A stretch of DNA of 64,000 bases from an uncultured Pseudomonadota bacterium (lineage in GTDB: Bacteria; Oederibacteriota; Muellerivitia; Muellerivitales; Muellerivitaceae), in assembly GCA_963843375.1 (NCBI GenBank), contig CAWJKT010000011.1:128001-192000 (forward strand). The letters run 5' to 3'. The notes below the pieces were generated by a model, which saw only the letters and a program-made list of their open reading frames with translations, was not told the origin of the DNA and did not search any database. How positions within the stretch are numbered: position 1 is the stretch's first letter; each line of letters opens with the position of its first letter. Made by a program: the position numbers and the translations under genes. Positions 21,204 to 31,003 of this stretch are shown here, piece by piece.

Positions 21204-22058
21204 TCAATGCACTTTAATTTTGATCTCCACTGATTCACCAACCTTCAGGGCAACACCGGGGTGATCGTCCAGGCGTATCTTGATGGGGATGCGCTGGACT
21301 AGTTTGATAAAGTTGCCAGAGGGATTTTCCATAGGGATCATGGAAAACTGGGATTCGGAAGCAGAGGTGATTTCCGATACTTGACCGGTCAGTTTTCCAC
21401 CCGCGTCCACTTGGATACGGACGGGTTGACCGATTTCCACTCTTCCGACCTTGGTTTCTTCGACATTGGCCGCCACCCAGGCGTGACCGATATCAGCCAA
21501 GGTCAGGGCGGTCTGGCCTCGCTCTAAAATATCGCCCACCTCAACCGTACGCTGCACCACGATCCCGTCGAAGGGACTTTTCAGGTAAGTGTCGTTCAAT
21601 TCGATTTGGGCTGATTCCAAGTCGGCTTGGGCTTCCTGATCGGCGGCTTTCGCCAGATCGTAATTACGGGTGGCAATGGCTTTTTCGGCGGACAGGTTCT
21701 GGGCCCGCACCCAGTCCTCGCGGGCCACAATGGCCCTCGACTGGGCTCTGGCTAGGTTTTCCTGGGCTTGGGCATGGTCCAGTTCCACTAACACCTGCCC
21801 CGAAACGACCCGGTCCCCTGCGTCCACCACGACTCGTATAACCGATCCACCCACGCCCTGTGGCGCTAGACGCACCATTGTTGCCGCCACCCGGGCATCG
21901 TCGGTGGAGACGTAGGGGAATACAAAGATGAGCCACGCTACTAGGCCCAAGGCGCCTACAGCAAAGGTGATTTTACCCGTTAGCACGGCTCGGGGGTGTT
22001 TCCACCACGCCAGGGTCTCTGGTGGGGTGGTGGATTTGTGGGATGTTTTAGAGTTCAT
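21204..22058 (-). CDS. HlyD/EmrA-family periplasmic adaptor
   Basis: N-terminal TM, STDDARV, KSPFDG.V, WV.AN.EET, FS.IP.EN.SGNF.K.VQRIP.KI; RBS GGAGG. Confidence 0.9.
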   Translation of the reverse strand: MNSKTSHKSTTPPETLAWWKHPRAVLTGKITFAVGALGLVAWLIFVFPYVSTDDARVAATMVRLAPQGVGGSVIRVVVDAGDRVVSGQVLVELDHAQAQENLARAQSRAIVAREDWVRAQNLSAEKAIATRNYDLAKAADQEAQADLESAQIELNDTYLKSPFDGIVVQRTVEVGDILERGQTALTLADIGHAWVAANVEETKVGRVEIGQPVRIQVDAGGKLTGQVSEITSASESQFSMIPMENPSGNFIKLVQRIPIKIRLDDHPGVALKVGESVEIKIKVH

Positions 22059-22060
22059 AT

Positions 22061-22504
22061 TTATTCCTCCTTTGGTTTCTGCGAGTCCGGCGGGGCGGTG
22101 AATGAATCCAGGATTTTATCCAGCAGCCGTAGGAAAACCTTTTTTTCGGCGGGAGACAGGGGGTCCACCAGCTTTCGGGATACGGAGGCGTAAAGCCCCT
22201 CAACCCGTCCGGCCAAGTTCTGTCCCTTGGGGGTGAGGGAAAGCTGCCAACGCCTTTGGTCGGTGGCGTGTTCTTCGCGCCGAACCAAGGTTCTTTTTAA
22301 AAGAACCGCCACGGCGCGGTTGACCGCCGCGGGATCCGTCACCGTGGCGCGGGAAAGACCTGTCGGGGAACTTGTTCCGTGACTGGAAAGATAATGAAGG
22401 AGGATGGCCTGTTTCGGTCCGATTCCCAGGGGTTTCAGGCTTTGAGTGAAGGAAAGATTCAACCGTCGGCGCAATTTTCCGAATTTTTCCAATGCTTGAA
22501 TCAT
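22061..22504 (-). CDS. MarR-family transcriptional regulator
   Basis: LGI...Q..LL, DPAAV.R.V..L....LV.R....DQR...L.LT.KG; ATG 22504 has RBS AAAGGA. Confidence 0.9.
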   Translation of the reverse strand: MIQALEKFGKLRRRLNLSFTQSLKPLGIGPKQAILLHYLSSHGTSSPTGLSRATVTDPAAVNRAVAVLLKRTLVRREEHATDQRRWQLSLTPKGQNLAGRVEGLYASVSRKLVDPLSPAEKKVFLRLLDKILDSFTAPPDSQKPKEE

Positions 22505-22518
22505 GAGTGTTCCTTTCT

Positions 22519-22545
22519 TTGATACATCAATCATTGATATATCAA
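22519..22545. promoter_or_regulatory. Tandem palindromic operator TTGATACATCAA-N3-TTGATATATCAA (probable MarR site)
   Basis: Two 12-bp dyads starting 15 bp upstream of the second marR start codon. Confidence 0.72.
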
Positions 22546-22620
22546 CAAAGTAAGGCTGAATCAAGAGAGCTTTTTATGAGAATGATCGAGTTTTAAGAGA
22601 GGGACAGGCTGGTAAGGGCC

Positions 22621-23043
22621 TCAGGGCCCGCTGACGGTTAATAAATTGCAAGGCGAGTTTATAGAGATTTCAACTACATAAAGATTGCCTGAGTTTGCCT
22701 GGAAAGTATCGGCGTAGTTGCCGGGTGGGTCAGATTTAGGATTGGAATTGGCTATGGTACAAGCGGAGTTATTACAGGTGTTTCCTTCCGGATTTAAATT
22801 CACGGTATGGGACCCCGGAGCAGCCAAAGGAAAAGTGTAAACCGCTCCGTAGCTGATTGCCACTGTGTTGGCTCCATCAAGATTCACGTCGACCGGACAA
22901 CCCGTGCTACCACCAACATTAGTAGAAGTAGGATAGCTGACCTCAATGGTAGCTTTGGAGGATTGGGGACTGAACAAATTGCAACCCATCGACAAGGACA
23001 TCAAGACCAGGGATAAGGCTAATAAGAAAATGCTTTTTTTCAC
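22621..23043 (-). CDS. Hypothetical lipoprotein (small beta-sandwich/PEGA-like, Cys pairs)
   Basis: GTG 23043 with RBS GGAGG; MKK + hydrophobic core + LSMGC lipobox. Confidence 0.7.
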   Translation of the reverse strand: MKKSIFLLALSLVLMSLSMGCNLFSPQSSKATIEVSYPTSTNVGGSTGCPVDVNLDGANTVAISYGAVYTFPLAAPGSHTVNLNPEGNTCNNSACTIANSNPKSDPPGNYADTFQANSGNLYVVEISINSPCNLLTVSGP

Positions 23044-23200
23044 GGAAAATCCTCCACAAAAATGACGATCGACTAAAATCTTACCCCAAACTCCTTTGGT
23101 TCCCAACCTTCTTTTGACGATAGTCTAATGCCAAATGAGCCGCCAACCGAAAGGGTAAATCGGTGCAAATTACCCATTTACAACATTCCTGGCCCAAAAC

Positions 23201-24013
23201 TTATCGAAATTCCACGCAGCGCATGGACAAATTGCCATATTCAAAGCCTTGATGGGGAAAAGTGATCATGGCTTTGGGGCCTTCTGCTCCCGCTGCTGCC
23301 GCGACCAGTAAGGGTGTGTAATGATCATCGGTTGGGTGGGCTGTCCGGGCGGACGGGGCTTCGTTCATATATCGGGTTAAGGTCTCAAAATCGGCATCTT
23401 CCAATTTTTCCTTAACCCATTCATCGAATTCTAGAGCCCAACCTTCCGGTTCTCCATAACGGTCCGCGTAATTAAGAATCCTCAAATTGTGGGTGATATT
23501 CCCGCTTCCCAAAATAAAAACTCCTTCCGATCTAAGCGGGGCCAAGGCTTTACCTAATGCGAGATGTTGGTCCATTGGAACTCTTGTTCCAATGGAAACC
23601 TGAAGAACAGGAATATCGGCATTCGGAAACATATGGACCAGGGGCACCCAGGCGCCGTGGTCCAGTCCACGGCTGGGGCTTTCGATGGGCCTCAAGCCTG
23701 CTTTAGAAAGGAGGGAAAAAACTTCCCTTCCCAATTCGGGGGCGGACGGGGCAGGGTATTTCACCTGGTACAACGACTCCGGGAAGCCATAGAAATCGTA
23801 AATGAGCCCGGTTTCCTGAGTTGGGCCGATATGAACCGGGCGCTCCAGCCAGTGGGCGGAAACCATTAAAATAGCCTTGGGTTTTGGAAGGGACCTTCCC
23901 CAATTTCTCCAAGACTCGACGGTTAGGCCTGTTTTTTCCAAGCCGAGAGTGGGAGCGCCATGGCCCACGAAACCCACAGGCATAAAGCTGGATTGTTTAA
24001 GTACCGGGTTCAC
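23201..24013 (-). CDS. DODA-type / class III extradiol ring-cleavage dioxygenase (YgiD/LigB-like)
   Basis: HGAP, SAHW, IYDFYGFP..LY...YPAP, RGLDHGAWVPL, GSGN.THNL, HPT.DHY.PL. Confidence 0.92.
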   Translation of the reverse strand: MNPVLKQSSFMPVGFVGHGAPTLGLEKTGLTVESWRNWGRSLPKPKAILMVSAHWLERPVHIGPTQETGLIYDFYGFPESLYQVKYPAPSAPELGREVFSLLSKAGLRPIESPSRGLDHGAWVPLVHMFPNADIPVLQVSIGTRVPMDQHLALGKALAPLRSEGVFILGSGNITHNLRILNYADRYGEPEGWALEFDEWVKEKLEDADFETLTRYMNEAPSARTAHPTDDHYTPLLVAAAAGAEGPKAMITFPHQGFEYGNLSMRCVEFR

Positions 24014-24288
24014 CCCTACCTTCTTTCACATTCAAGATAAGTGTTTTTAGTCAAAAGTTAAGTGTGAAATGGAGATAGGGAATATAAATAAAGTTACCAT
24101 AAGGTAAGGGTGGTCAAAAAAGGCTATTAGTTTCCGCCAATAGAGGGTGAGTTTTTGAAATTCCTGCGTCAAGCCCATAAGAAAGGGGTTGGGGGTTCGG
24201 TTCCTTTTGCGCTTTTGGTTCAACTGGGCAGGAAGAAATCCATTCCGTGGAAAATAGTTTGGATTGAGCGATTATGGTTGGGGAGCGT

Positions 24289-24576
24289 TTACAGGAACTT
24301 GATGATCCTCAGTTTTCGGCTCTTGCGGGAAGGATTGAAAACTCGCAGTAACAGTAGCAGAATCACAGCGCCGATGAGAGACATGGCCAAGGCGCTAAAA
24401 AATCCTCCAATTCGGATATCCAACTCATCGGCTAGGAAACCCCCGATAACGGCCCCCAGGATACCTACCACCACGTCACCAATGGCACTCATGCCGCGAC
24501 CCCGGACCAAAAGGCTGGCCAGCCAACCTGTTAAAAGCCCAACTATCAGATACCAGGTAATTTCGTGTCCAAACAT
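24289..24576 (-). CDS. GlsB/YeaQ/YmgE family (transglycosylase-associated) small membrane protein
   Basis: LIVGL..GWLA..LV.G.G...GD.VVGILGA.IGG and IGAVILL motifs; RBS GGGGAG before ATG 24576. Confidence 0.9.
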   Translation of the reverse strand: MFGHEITWYLIVGLLTGWLASLLVRGRGMSAIGDVVVGILGAVIGGFLADELDIRIGGFFSALAMSLIGAVILLLLLRVFNPSRKSRKLRIIKFL

Positions 24577-24858
24577 ATTGTTCTCCCCGGACTTGCCCGA
24601 AACCGGCAAAGCCCACCTCTATTTAATTCCCTTTGGAAAGGAAAAATAAAGCGGGTGGGACGAAAAACCACTTTCGACGTTTTCCCAGGGGAGTCCCATT
24701 GGGAAATTGGCGGTGAAGCTTTTTTTGACGGGTTAAAAAACGATTTTAGACACCTCGAAAAGGGAAACTGAAGCAATCATTCAAGTGGTTACTTGCTTTG
24801 AAAAAGGAAGGGTCCTAGATTTTATTAAGTCTAATCATCAGTCCATAAGGAGGCGGCC

Positions 24859-25296
24859 ATGAAAAATTTTATTGTTCTGGCTTTTTGTTGTTTTGCCTTA
24901 ATGGGTTGCAGCCCGGTCATTGCGGAAGAGGCAGTCCAAACCGTAACCCAGGACACCCAAAAAACTCTGGACGATACTGGAAAATACATCAACGAAAGAA
25001 AAGAAGATTATGAAATTAGAATTCGGAAGGATTTGAACCGCTTGAAGGCAAAAATCAACCTTCAGGAACAAAAACTCTCCTCGGACGCGGCTCGTATGGG
25101 AAAGGACGTCGATAAAGACCTTCAGAAGCAGATCCACGGCTTGCACCGGCAGGAAAAAGCCTTGGACGCTCAATTACCAAAAGTTGAGAAAAGCGGTGAA
25201 AAAGATTTGGACCAACTTAAATCCGATATTGACAAGGGAATGAAAAATTTGAAAAAGGGCTATGACGACCTGTTGGAAAGCATGAAAGCCAAATAA
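24859..25296 (+). CDS. Hypothetical coiled-coil exported protein / lipoprotein
   Basis: RBS AAGGAGG; LMGC lipobox-like motif; highly charged helical body. Confidence 0.75.
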   Translation: MKNFIVLAFCCFALMGCSPVIAEEAVQTVTQDTQKTLDDTGKYINERKEDYEIRIRKDLNRLKAKINLQEQKLSSDAARMGKDVDKDLQKQIHGLHRQEKALDAQLPKVEKSGEKDLDQLKSDIDKGMKNLKKGYDDLLESMKAK

Positions 25297-25312
25297 TCCC
25301 CGGGGCTCGAGG

Positions 25313-26047
25313 TTATTTATCCGGAGGGGTTTCCGATACTCCTCCGGGTTTCCATTCCTCGGCGCGTTTTTTGGCTTCGTCGGTTTCCTTACCGGTCATG
25401 CGCTTTTCGAGCCACTCGATATCGTTTCTTAGTTCGGATACCTGGCTGCTTTCAAGGGTATGGTACTTAAGGGCGAGAGAAAACCATTTGTGAGACTCGA
25501 CGTAATCCTTGGGACCGCCTTCCCCCAGGGAAAGCATTTGGCCCAAGTTCACCTGGGAATCAGCGTCATTTTGCTCGGCTGCCTTTTTGAACCATTCCAA
25601 GGATTGAACGTAATCCTTGTGTACGCCGACGCCCCTTCCATACATTAATCCCAAATTACCTTCCGAAGAGGCAAGGCCTTGAGCTGCGGCTTTCTTGAAC
25701 CATTTCAAAGCTTCGGAGTCGTCCTCCTTCACTCCCATGCCCTGGGTGTACATGAATCCCAGGTTGTTCTCCGTATCCGCGTCGCCTTTTTGGGCGCCCT
25801 TTCGCAGCCACTTTAGCGCCTCGGCTTGGTTTTTTTCACACCCTAAACCCTTCACATACATAAGTCCAAGGACACCCATGGCTTTGGCGTTGCCTCGCTC
25901 CGCCTCCCTCAGATTGTAGTGAAAAAAATCTTTGGCATTTAGAGACGAAGTGTTGAGGGAGTCCCCTCCTGAAAGTTCCTGGGCAGTTAAAATGGAAGGG
26001 GGCAAAAGAAGCGTAAATGAAAGAAGAAAGGGACAAAAGGACTTCAT
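25313..26047 (-). CDS. Secreted Sel1-like repeat protein
   Basis: Four repeats of A...LG.MY..G.G...D..EA..W..KAA.QG. Confidence 0.92.
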   Translation of the reverse strand: MKSFCPFLLSFTLLLPPSILTAQELSGGDSLNTSSLNAKDFFHYNLREAERGNAKAMGVLGLMYVKGLGCEKNQAEALKWLRKGAQKGDADTENNLGFMYTQGMGVKEDDSEALKWFKKAAAQGLASSEGNLGLMYGRGVGVHKDYVQSLEWFKKAAEQNDADSQVNLGQMLSLGEGGPKDYVESHKWFSLALKYHTLESSQVSELRNDIEWLEKRMTGKETDEAKKRAEEWKPGGVSETPPDK

Positions 26048-26137
26048 GGTTCACGCTCGAATCATTTTTCAGGTTTTTCATCAACAAGGGTATAAAAAAA
26101 AAGTGGAAACCGCAATGGATCGGCTTATGCTAGGTCC

Positions 26138-26491
26138 ATGAAGAAATTGACGCTTTTGGGATACTTCATCGCTTGGTTAGGAGCGATGGGAACGGGTTCC
26201 GCCCAATATGCCCCTTTGACGAGAAATGCATTGCCGCCACGAGCGGGATATTCTGTTTATCCCAAGCCGGTAAAATCGGCTATTCCGAAATCCCGGATGT
26301 TGAGAAAAAAAGGCACGGCGACCGTTTCCGCTCCGAAGAAAGGCGGATTCATCCCTCTTTATCCTAACGCCAACTCGAAGCCGACACCCGTTCGGAATCT
26401 AACTATCCCCAACCCGCCACGGAGCGGACCCGCTTCGGTTGTGGCGCCAAGGACCATGTCTTATCCCTCCCTTTACCAGGACCCGCATTAA
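26138..26491 (+). CDS. Hypothetical secreted Pro/Lys-rich protein
   Basis: MKK + hydrophobic signal ending GSA-Q; low-complexity body; fills the gap between neighbouring genes. Confidence 0.55.
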   Translation: MKKLTLLGYFIAWLGAMGTGSAQYAPLTRNALPPRAGYSVYPKPVKSAIPKSRMLRKKGTATVSAPKKGGFIPLYPNANSKPTPVRNLTIPNPPRSGPASVVAPRTMSYPSLYQDPH

Positions 26492-26501
26492 CCCCGAGAG
26501 A

Positions 26502-27098
26502 TCAATGGTTTCCTTTGCCCCAGATATTATCCAGGTATTCGTCGCGGCCTGAATTCATGTGGTACATTTCGTAATGCATTGGGTTTTTCTTGTAAAAGTC
26601 CTGGTGGTAATCTTCGGCGGCGTAGAAATTGGTGAACTGTTTAATAGGCACCACAATGGGTTTGTCGTAACGGCCAGACTTATCCAACTCATCCCGTGAT
26701 TTTTCTGCCAGTTTCTTCTGGGACAAATCGTGATAAAAAATCGCCGCGCGGTAATGGGGTCCCCGGTCCACGAATTGCCCATTGGGATCGGTGGGATTGA
26801 TCTGCTTCCAGAAAACGTTCACCAACTGGGCATAGGTGATTTTGGTAGGGTCAAAAGTAATTTGAACCCCTTCAGTGTATCCCTTATCCCCGTAGTCGTC
26901 ATAGGTAGGATTTTCCCCTTGGCCATCGGCATAACCCGCCACTACTTTCAAAACACCCTCCAGTTTTTCAAAAGGAGGTGTCATGCACCAAAAACAACCG
27001 CCCGCGAAGGTGGCGATTTCTGTTTTTGCCTGGGCAATCGCCGTCAGGCTGATCAAGAGAAATAGAAAAAAGGCCGATTTTCTAAAAAATATTGTCAT
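26502..27098 (-). CDS. msrA: Peptide-methionine (S)-S-oxide reductase, exported
   Basis: FAGGCFWC, GY..G...NPTY, PTD..GQF.DRG..YR..IF, FY.AEDYHQD; N-terminal signal peptide. Confidence 0.93.
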   Translation of the reverse strand: MTIFFRKSAFFLFLLISLTAIAQAKTEIATFAGGCFWCMTPPFEKLEGVLKVVAGYADGQGENPTYDDYGDKGYTEGVQITFDPTKITYAQLVNVFWKQINPTDPNGQFVDRGPHYRAAIFYHDLSQKKLAEKSRDELDKSGRYDKPIVVPIKQFTNFYAAEDYHQDFYKKNPMHYEMYHMNSGRDEYLDNIWGKGNH

Positions 27099-27166
27099 GA
27101 TGCTCCTTTGGTGGGGTCTAAAAGGATATACGCTGGGTTGTAGATTTGGTTACATCAGACAAAAAT

Positions 27167-27200
27167 AAAAAGGCTGGAATTTTGAAATTCCAGCCTTTTT
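27167..27200. terminator. Symmetric (bidirectional-type) intrinsic terminator downstream of the 27223-28470 gene
   Basis: Perfect inverted repeat AAAAAGGCTGGAATTT-tg-AAATTCCAGCCTTTTT. Confidence 0.85.
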
Positions 27201-27222
27201 AGTAAAAGAGTATTTAAACCGC

Positions 27223-28470
27223 TCAGAAGAAAGTAAGCCCGACTCCCGCCTCAACGCCGGTGTAATCCAGCGTGGCATAATGTTCACCGCCGTTGCCGAT
27301 ATTGCCAGTACTGTCGGCGCCAAGCACTCCATTTCCAAACATAACCAAACCGTAATTATCATAATTACCGTTGGCGTCGGTAAAGCTTCCGTTGATGTTG
27401 GTAATTTTACAATAACGGCCCCGGGCGAAAAGACGAAGTCCCAGACGGTTGCCGATCTCGAAATCTCGGCCGATTCCAAGTTGGAATCCCACGTTTCCCC
27501 CATACATATTACCGGCGATCTCGTCGGCACCGGTAGTTGGTTGGGAAATGGTGTAATCGTAGTTATCATCAACGTAAGCCACGGCAAAATAATATCCCAC
27601 GCCGGCGGTGAGGAAGAACCGGCCGTCATGATCGGGAAGGAATAAATAGTAATCCAAAGTGAGTGGCAGGACATAAGGCTGAATGTTGACGGTTTCGAAG
27701 TCTCCACCGTTATTCAGTCTCAAGTTGGATTGGTAAGAATTAGTTTGAACGCCCCTTACGCCGATCGCGATTCCGTTATAGGGGTTCAGGAGGAATCCCA
27801 GTTCAACTCCCCCTTCAATGCCCCCATGATCCGCAGTGGCAATCCCGGTATCGGGCGGGTTATTACTAACAAAGGAATTGAAACTCGTCACGCTGCTGAA
27901 AATATCGGCCTGGTTGGACCAGTTATAAGCTAAATCAACATTAATCCAGTACCGTGCGTGGTTGATGGGAGCCAAGCCGTCTTTATAATCGACCATGGGC
28001 TGGGTCCGCCTCCAGGGATGTCGCCTTTGGACCATAACCGTGGTGGGCTGGCTTTCATCCCATTGATCCCCATTGGAGGGAGGAGGCGCCACATTGGGAT
28101 GGTCTTGGGACAAATTATTGAAATTGGACTGGTCCTGGGCTTGAGGAGTCCCCGAACTCTGTAAACTATTCACCTGTGTTTGTACTGTGGAATTATTCGG
28201 ATTAATTTGGAGGCTTTTTTGGTAGGCGGCTAGGGCGTCCGGGTTATCGTTCATTTTCATGTAAGCGTCGCCCATATCCTCATAGGACTGCCAATCATTG
28301 GGATTGGCTAGGACTGCCTGCTTGTAGTAATCCACGGCTTTGGCGTAGAGGCCTTTTTGGTAAACCGCATTTCCAAGGTCTTGGTAATCTTGGGCGGTTT
28401 GGGCAAGCAAAGCCACCGGCGACAGAAATAAAAGTAAAGCAATCAAACTGATAGCATTTTGATTTTTCAT
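27223..28470 (-). CDS. Secreted TPR + outer-membrane beta-barrel protein
   Basis: Signal peptide, N-terminal TPRs, Pro/Gln linker, amphipathic strands (LPLTLDYY, FFLTAGVGYY, VGFQLGIG), terminal GVGLTFF. Confidence 0.78.
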   Translation of the reverse strand: MKNQNAISLIALLLFLSPVALLAQTAQDYQDLGNAVYQKGLYAKAVDYYKQAVLANPNDWQSYEDMGDAYMKMNDNPDALAAYQKSLQINPNNSTVQTQVNSLQSSGTPQAQDQSNFNNLSQDHPNVAPPPSNGDQWDESQPTTVMVQRRHPWRRTQPMVDYKDGLAPINHARYWINVDLAYNWSNQADIFSSVTSFNSFVSNNPPDTGIATADHGGIEGGVELGFLLNPYNGIAIGVRGVQTNSYQSNLRLNNGGDFETVNIQPYVLPLTLDYYLFLPDHDGRFFLTAGVGYYFAVAYVDDNYDYTISQPTTGADEIAGNMYGGNVGFQLGIGRDFEIGNRLGLRLFARGRYCKITNINGSFTDANGNYDNYGLVMFGNGVLGADSTGNIGNGGEHYATLDYTGVEAGVGLTFF

Positions 28471-28597
28471 TTTTCACCTCGTGTATTTTTGACGAGTCAG
28501 AGGTCTAAAACGTTACGGAAAAAATTTAAAATCCCAGGCAAATCTTATTAAATCAACGAAATATAAAATATTCCAGAAATCCAGGGATTTTCAAGGC

Positions 28598-28975
28598 TTA
28601 AGAAACAGGATTGGGGGTGGGAGCAAAGGCCCTTTTTAGCGCGTCTTCCGAATTTGTGAATGAGCGGATCACTTTATTGTATTCCAATAATTCAAAGGCT
28701 TCATGAACCTCGGGTTTCATCCCTGACAAAACAAAGTTCCCGCCTTGATCGCGGAAACGCTGAAAGGTAGTGATAAGAAAGGCCCATCCCCCGCTGCTAA
28801 TGTAGTTTGTTTCCGCCAAGTCGAAAATTAAGTTTTTTTTAGTTGAGGCAAGAACCGCTTGAATAGCTTGTTCGATTTGGACAAGCGTATTGGCATGGAT
28901 AAATCCTGTCATTCGAAGCAGAACGACATCGGGGTTTAAGAGCGGATGGACAACGTCAATGGTGATGTTTTCCAT
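28598..28975 (-). CDS. STAS-domain protein (anti-sigma factor antagonist-like)
   Basis: G.I...T, LIFDL....YISSGG, G...L.GM...V...FELL. Confidence 0.88.
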   Translation of the reverse strand: MENITIDVVHPLLNPDVVLLRMTGFIHANTLVQIEQAIQAVLASTKKNLIFDLAETNYISSGGWAFLITTFQRFRDQGGNFVLSGMKPEVHEAFELLEYNKVIRSFTNSEDALKRAFAPTPNPVS

Positions 28976-29106
28976 AAATCCTCAGGAAAATGGAATGCTA
29001 TTTCACCTCAAGAATTACATTAAAAGGCCAAGAGCGAAAGGGAAATGTCTTTTAATTTAGGGCGTCGGTTTAACCTGAATTTATCCCGGCATAAGAAAAC
29101 GTTTTT

Positions 29107-30804
29107 CTACAACTTGGTGCCGTGTGAGGAGATCGAAGTGGGAACGGAAGGAGCCGGGAGCGTATTGTTTACCAGTGCTCTTTTTTTAAGTTGGCTTATC
29201 AGGTTTAACACTGTCCGATATTGATTAGGAAGATTTTCCTTTTTGTAGACCTCCGCCGCTTCGGAATAAGCTTGAAGGGCCCCGTCGAGGGCCTGTCCCC
29301 CGCCGGGGAATTTCGAGAGCAGAAGAAAATTATTTCCCAAATTAAATTGAGCCTCAGCGTAATCAAGCGGGGATTTATCGGCAGTCCATACTTTCAAGGA
29401 TTCTTGACAACATCGGATGGCGGCCAGGGCATTTTGTTGCTTGTCATGGATGAGCGCCAAGTGGTTATAAACCAGAGCTAGGTCGTAGGCCAGCTTGGCG
29501 TAATCGTTGGGATATTTTTCAAGGCTGCACACATTGAGGGCATCGTTATAGCTCACGATGGCCAGGGAGAAATTTTCCTTGGGATTCTTGAGGGATGCGT
29601 AAAGTCCAAAAATATTCCCGAGGACTAATTTCATCGTGAGGTAATTATAAGGATAGGTGTCCGGTTTGAAGATTTTCATGGCCTCCTTTTCCGCGTCCAA
29701 GGCTTGGTCCAAGAACCCCGGCTTCTTTGTGTATTCAAACTTATGGCATAAGATTTTCGCAATGTCGTTTTGAACGGTGGCGTAATAATAAGGGTAGGTA
29801 TCCTCCTTGAAAACTAGAAAGGAATTTCGAAAAGAGAGAAGGGATTCTGTAAGGAGCCCTTGGCTATTTTGGAGTTGATACCAATAGGAAAGGGTTTCGC
29901 CTTTATTCATTTGGGTAAGGGCGTAATCCTCGGGGTCACTGTCTATGGAAGCTACTTTCACGGCCGATTCATAGGCCGCCAAGGAACTTTGGATGTTTTC
30001 CAAAGTTGGGGAAGTTTCGGTCAGGCGCAGGAAGGCTTTGCCGATGCTGTTACAAAGTTTGACATATTCTTTTGGATGGTCTTCCGGGGTGAAATACTTG
30101 AGAGCCTCCTGATCAGCGTCCAGGGCCTTTTTTAAATTATCCAGCCGGTCTTTTTCCTCGGCCAGCTTCATGTAAACCGTACCGAGATTGAGCAGAATGG
30201 TAGCGGAAAGGCCTGCGTCCTTTTGATCCCGGGCCGCTTTTAGGGCCTGGTTGTACCAATCAATGCTCTCCTCGAGACGGGGTACCGTTTCCTTGATATC
30301 GGAAAGGATCGAGAGGGAATCACCCAAGGCGTTCAGCGCGCGGGAAAGTTTTTCGCGGTCGGCATGGATCAGGTCCTTTCCATAAATGGTTTTCAAAAGG
30401 TCCATTACGTCGTTGAGAGCGTCCACTGATTGTAGGGCGGCTTCCTTACCCCTGTTTTTTTGGGCTTGGCTTAAATAACAAAGGGCCAAACCGGTTTCGG
30501 CATCGGCATAATAAAGTGCGTCGTCTTTTTTCGAAAGTTTTGAAAGAGCGTCCTTGTAGTAACGGATGGCATCGGGCAGGGTCGATTCCTCCCGGGCAAG
30601 GCTCTCAGCTGTCTGTAAATCTAAACCGGCTTGGCGGATTTCGTCGGCCTTGGCCCGATTTTCTTCCATGACATAGGTGGACACCAGGGAGACGACTAAA
30701 ACCAAAAGCCCGCCTAAAATGGTGGCCATCAATGATTTGGCGTCGATAAAATCCGACCAGGGTTTTTTGGCTTTGGTTGTAGATTTCTTTTTGAGAGTAC
30801 GCAC
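29107..30804 (-). CDS. Membrane-anchored tetratricopeptide repeat protein
   Basis: Basic N-terminus, one TM helix, then about ten TPR-like repeats of the form ..AL.......P..YA.....LG. Confidence 0.8.
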   Translation of the reverse strand: MRTLKKKSTTKAKKPWSDFIDAKSLMATILGGLLVLVVSLVSTYVMEENRAKADEIRQAGLDLQTAESLAREESTLPDAIRYYKDALSKLSKKDDALYYADAETGLALCYLSQAQKNRGKEAALQSVDALNDVMDLLKTIYGKDLIHADREKLSRALNALGDSLSILSDIKETVPRLEESIDWYNQALKAARDQKDAGLSATILLNLGTVYMKLAEEKDRLDNLKKALDADQEALKYFTPEDHPKEYVKLCNSIGKAFLRLTETSPTLENIQSSLAAYESAVKVASIDSDPEDYALTQMNKGETLSYWYQLQNSQGLLTESLLSFRNSFLVFKEDTYPYYYATVQNDIAKILCHKFEYTKKPGFLDQALDAEKEAMKIFKPDTYPYNYLTMKLVLGNIFGLYASLKNPKENFSLAIVSYNDALNVCSLEKYPNDYAKLAYDLALVYNHLALIHDKQQNALAAIRCCQESLKVWTADKSPLDYAEAQFNLGNNFLLLSKFPGGGQALDGALQAYSEAAEVYKKENLPNQYRTVLNLISQLKKRALVNNTLPAPSVPTSISSHGTKL

Positions 30805-31003
30805 GATTTTCCCAGTTTTTGAAATGGATCCCTTTTTTGAAAGTCAGTGGAATAAGAATGGGGTTTGAGAAGGGGATTTTCAATGATTTTTTGGTCTGGT
30901 TCAGAACGGGGAAGATAAAGGGCGGGCGGCTTTCGGCTGGATTTACTTCTTTTTACCCTTTAGAGTACCGAACTGTCTTCAATATAAATAAACAGGAACC
31001 GCC

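Noticed and set aside
23130..23180. Possible riboswitch (CCGAAAGGG, GGGTAA...TTACCC hairpin) upstream of the lipoprotein gene
   Set aside because: Lacks the conserved c-di-GMP-I or other aptamer elements I can recognise; more simply a weak terminator for the dioxygenase gene
24155..24649. 164-aa plus-strand ORF
   Set aside because: Antisense to the recognisable GlsB/YeaQ/YmgE gene; no family features
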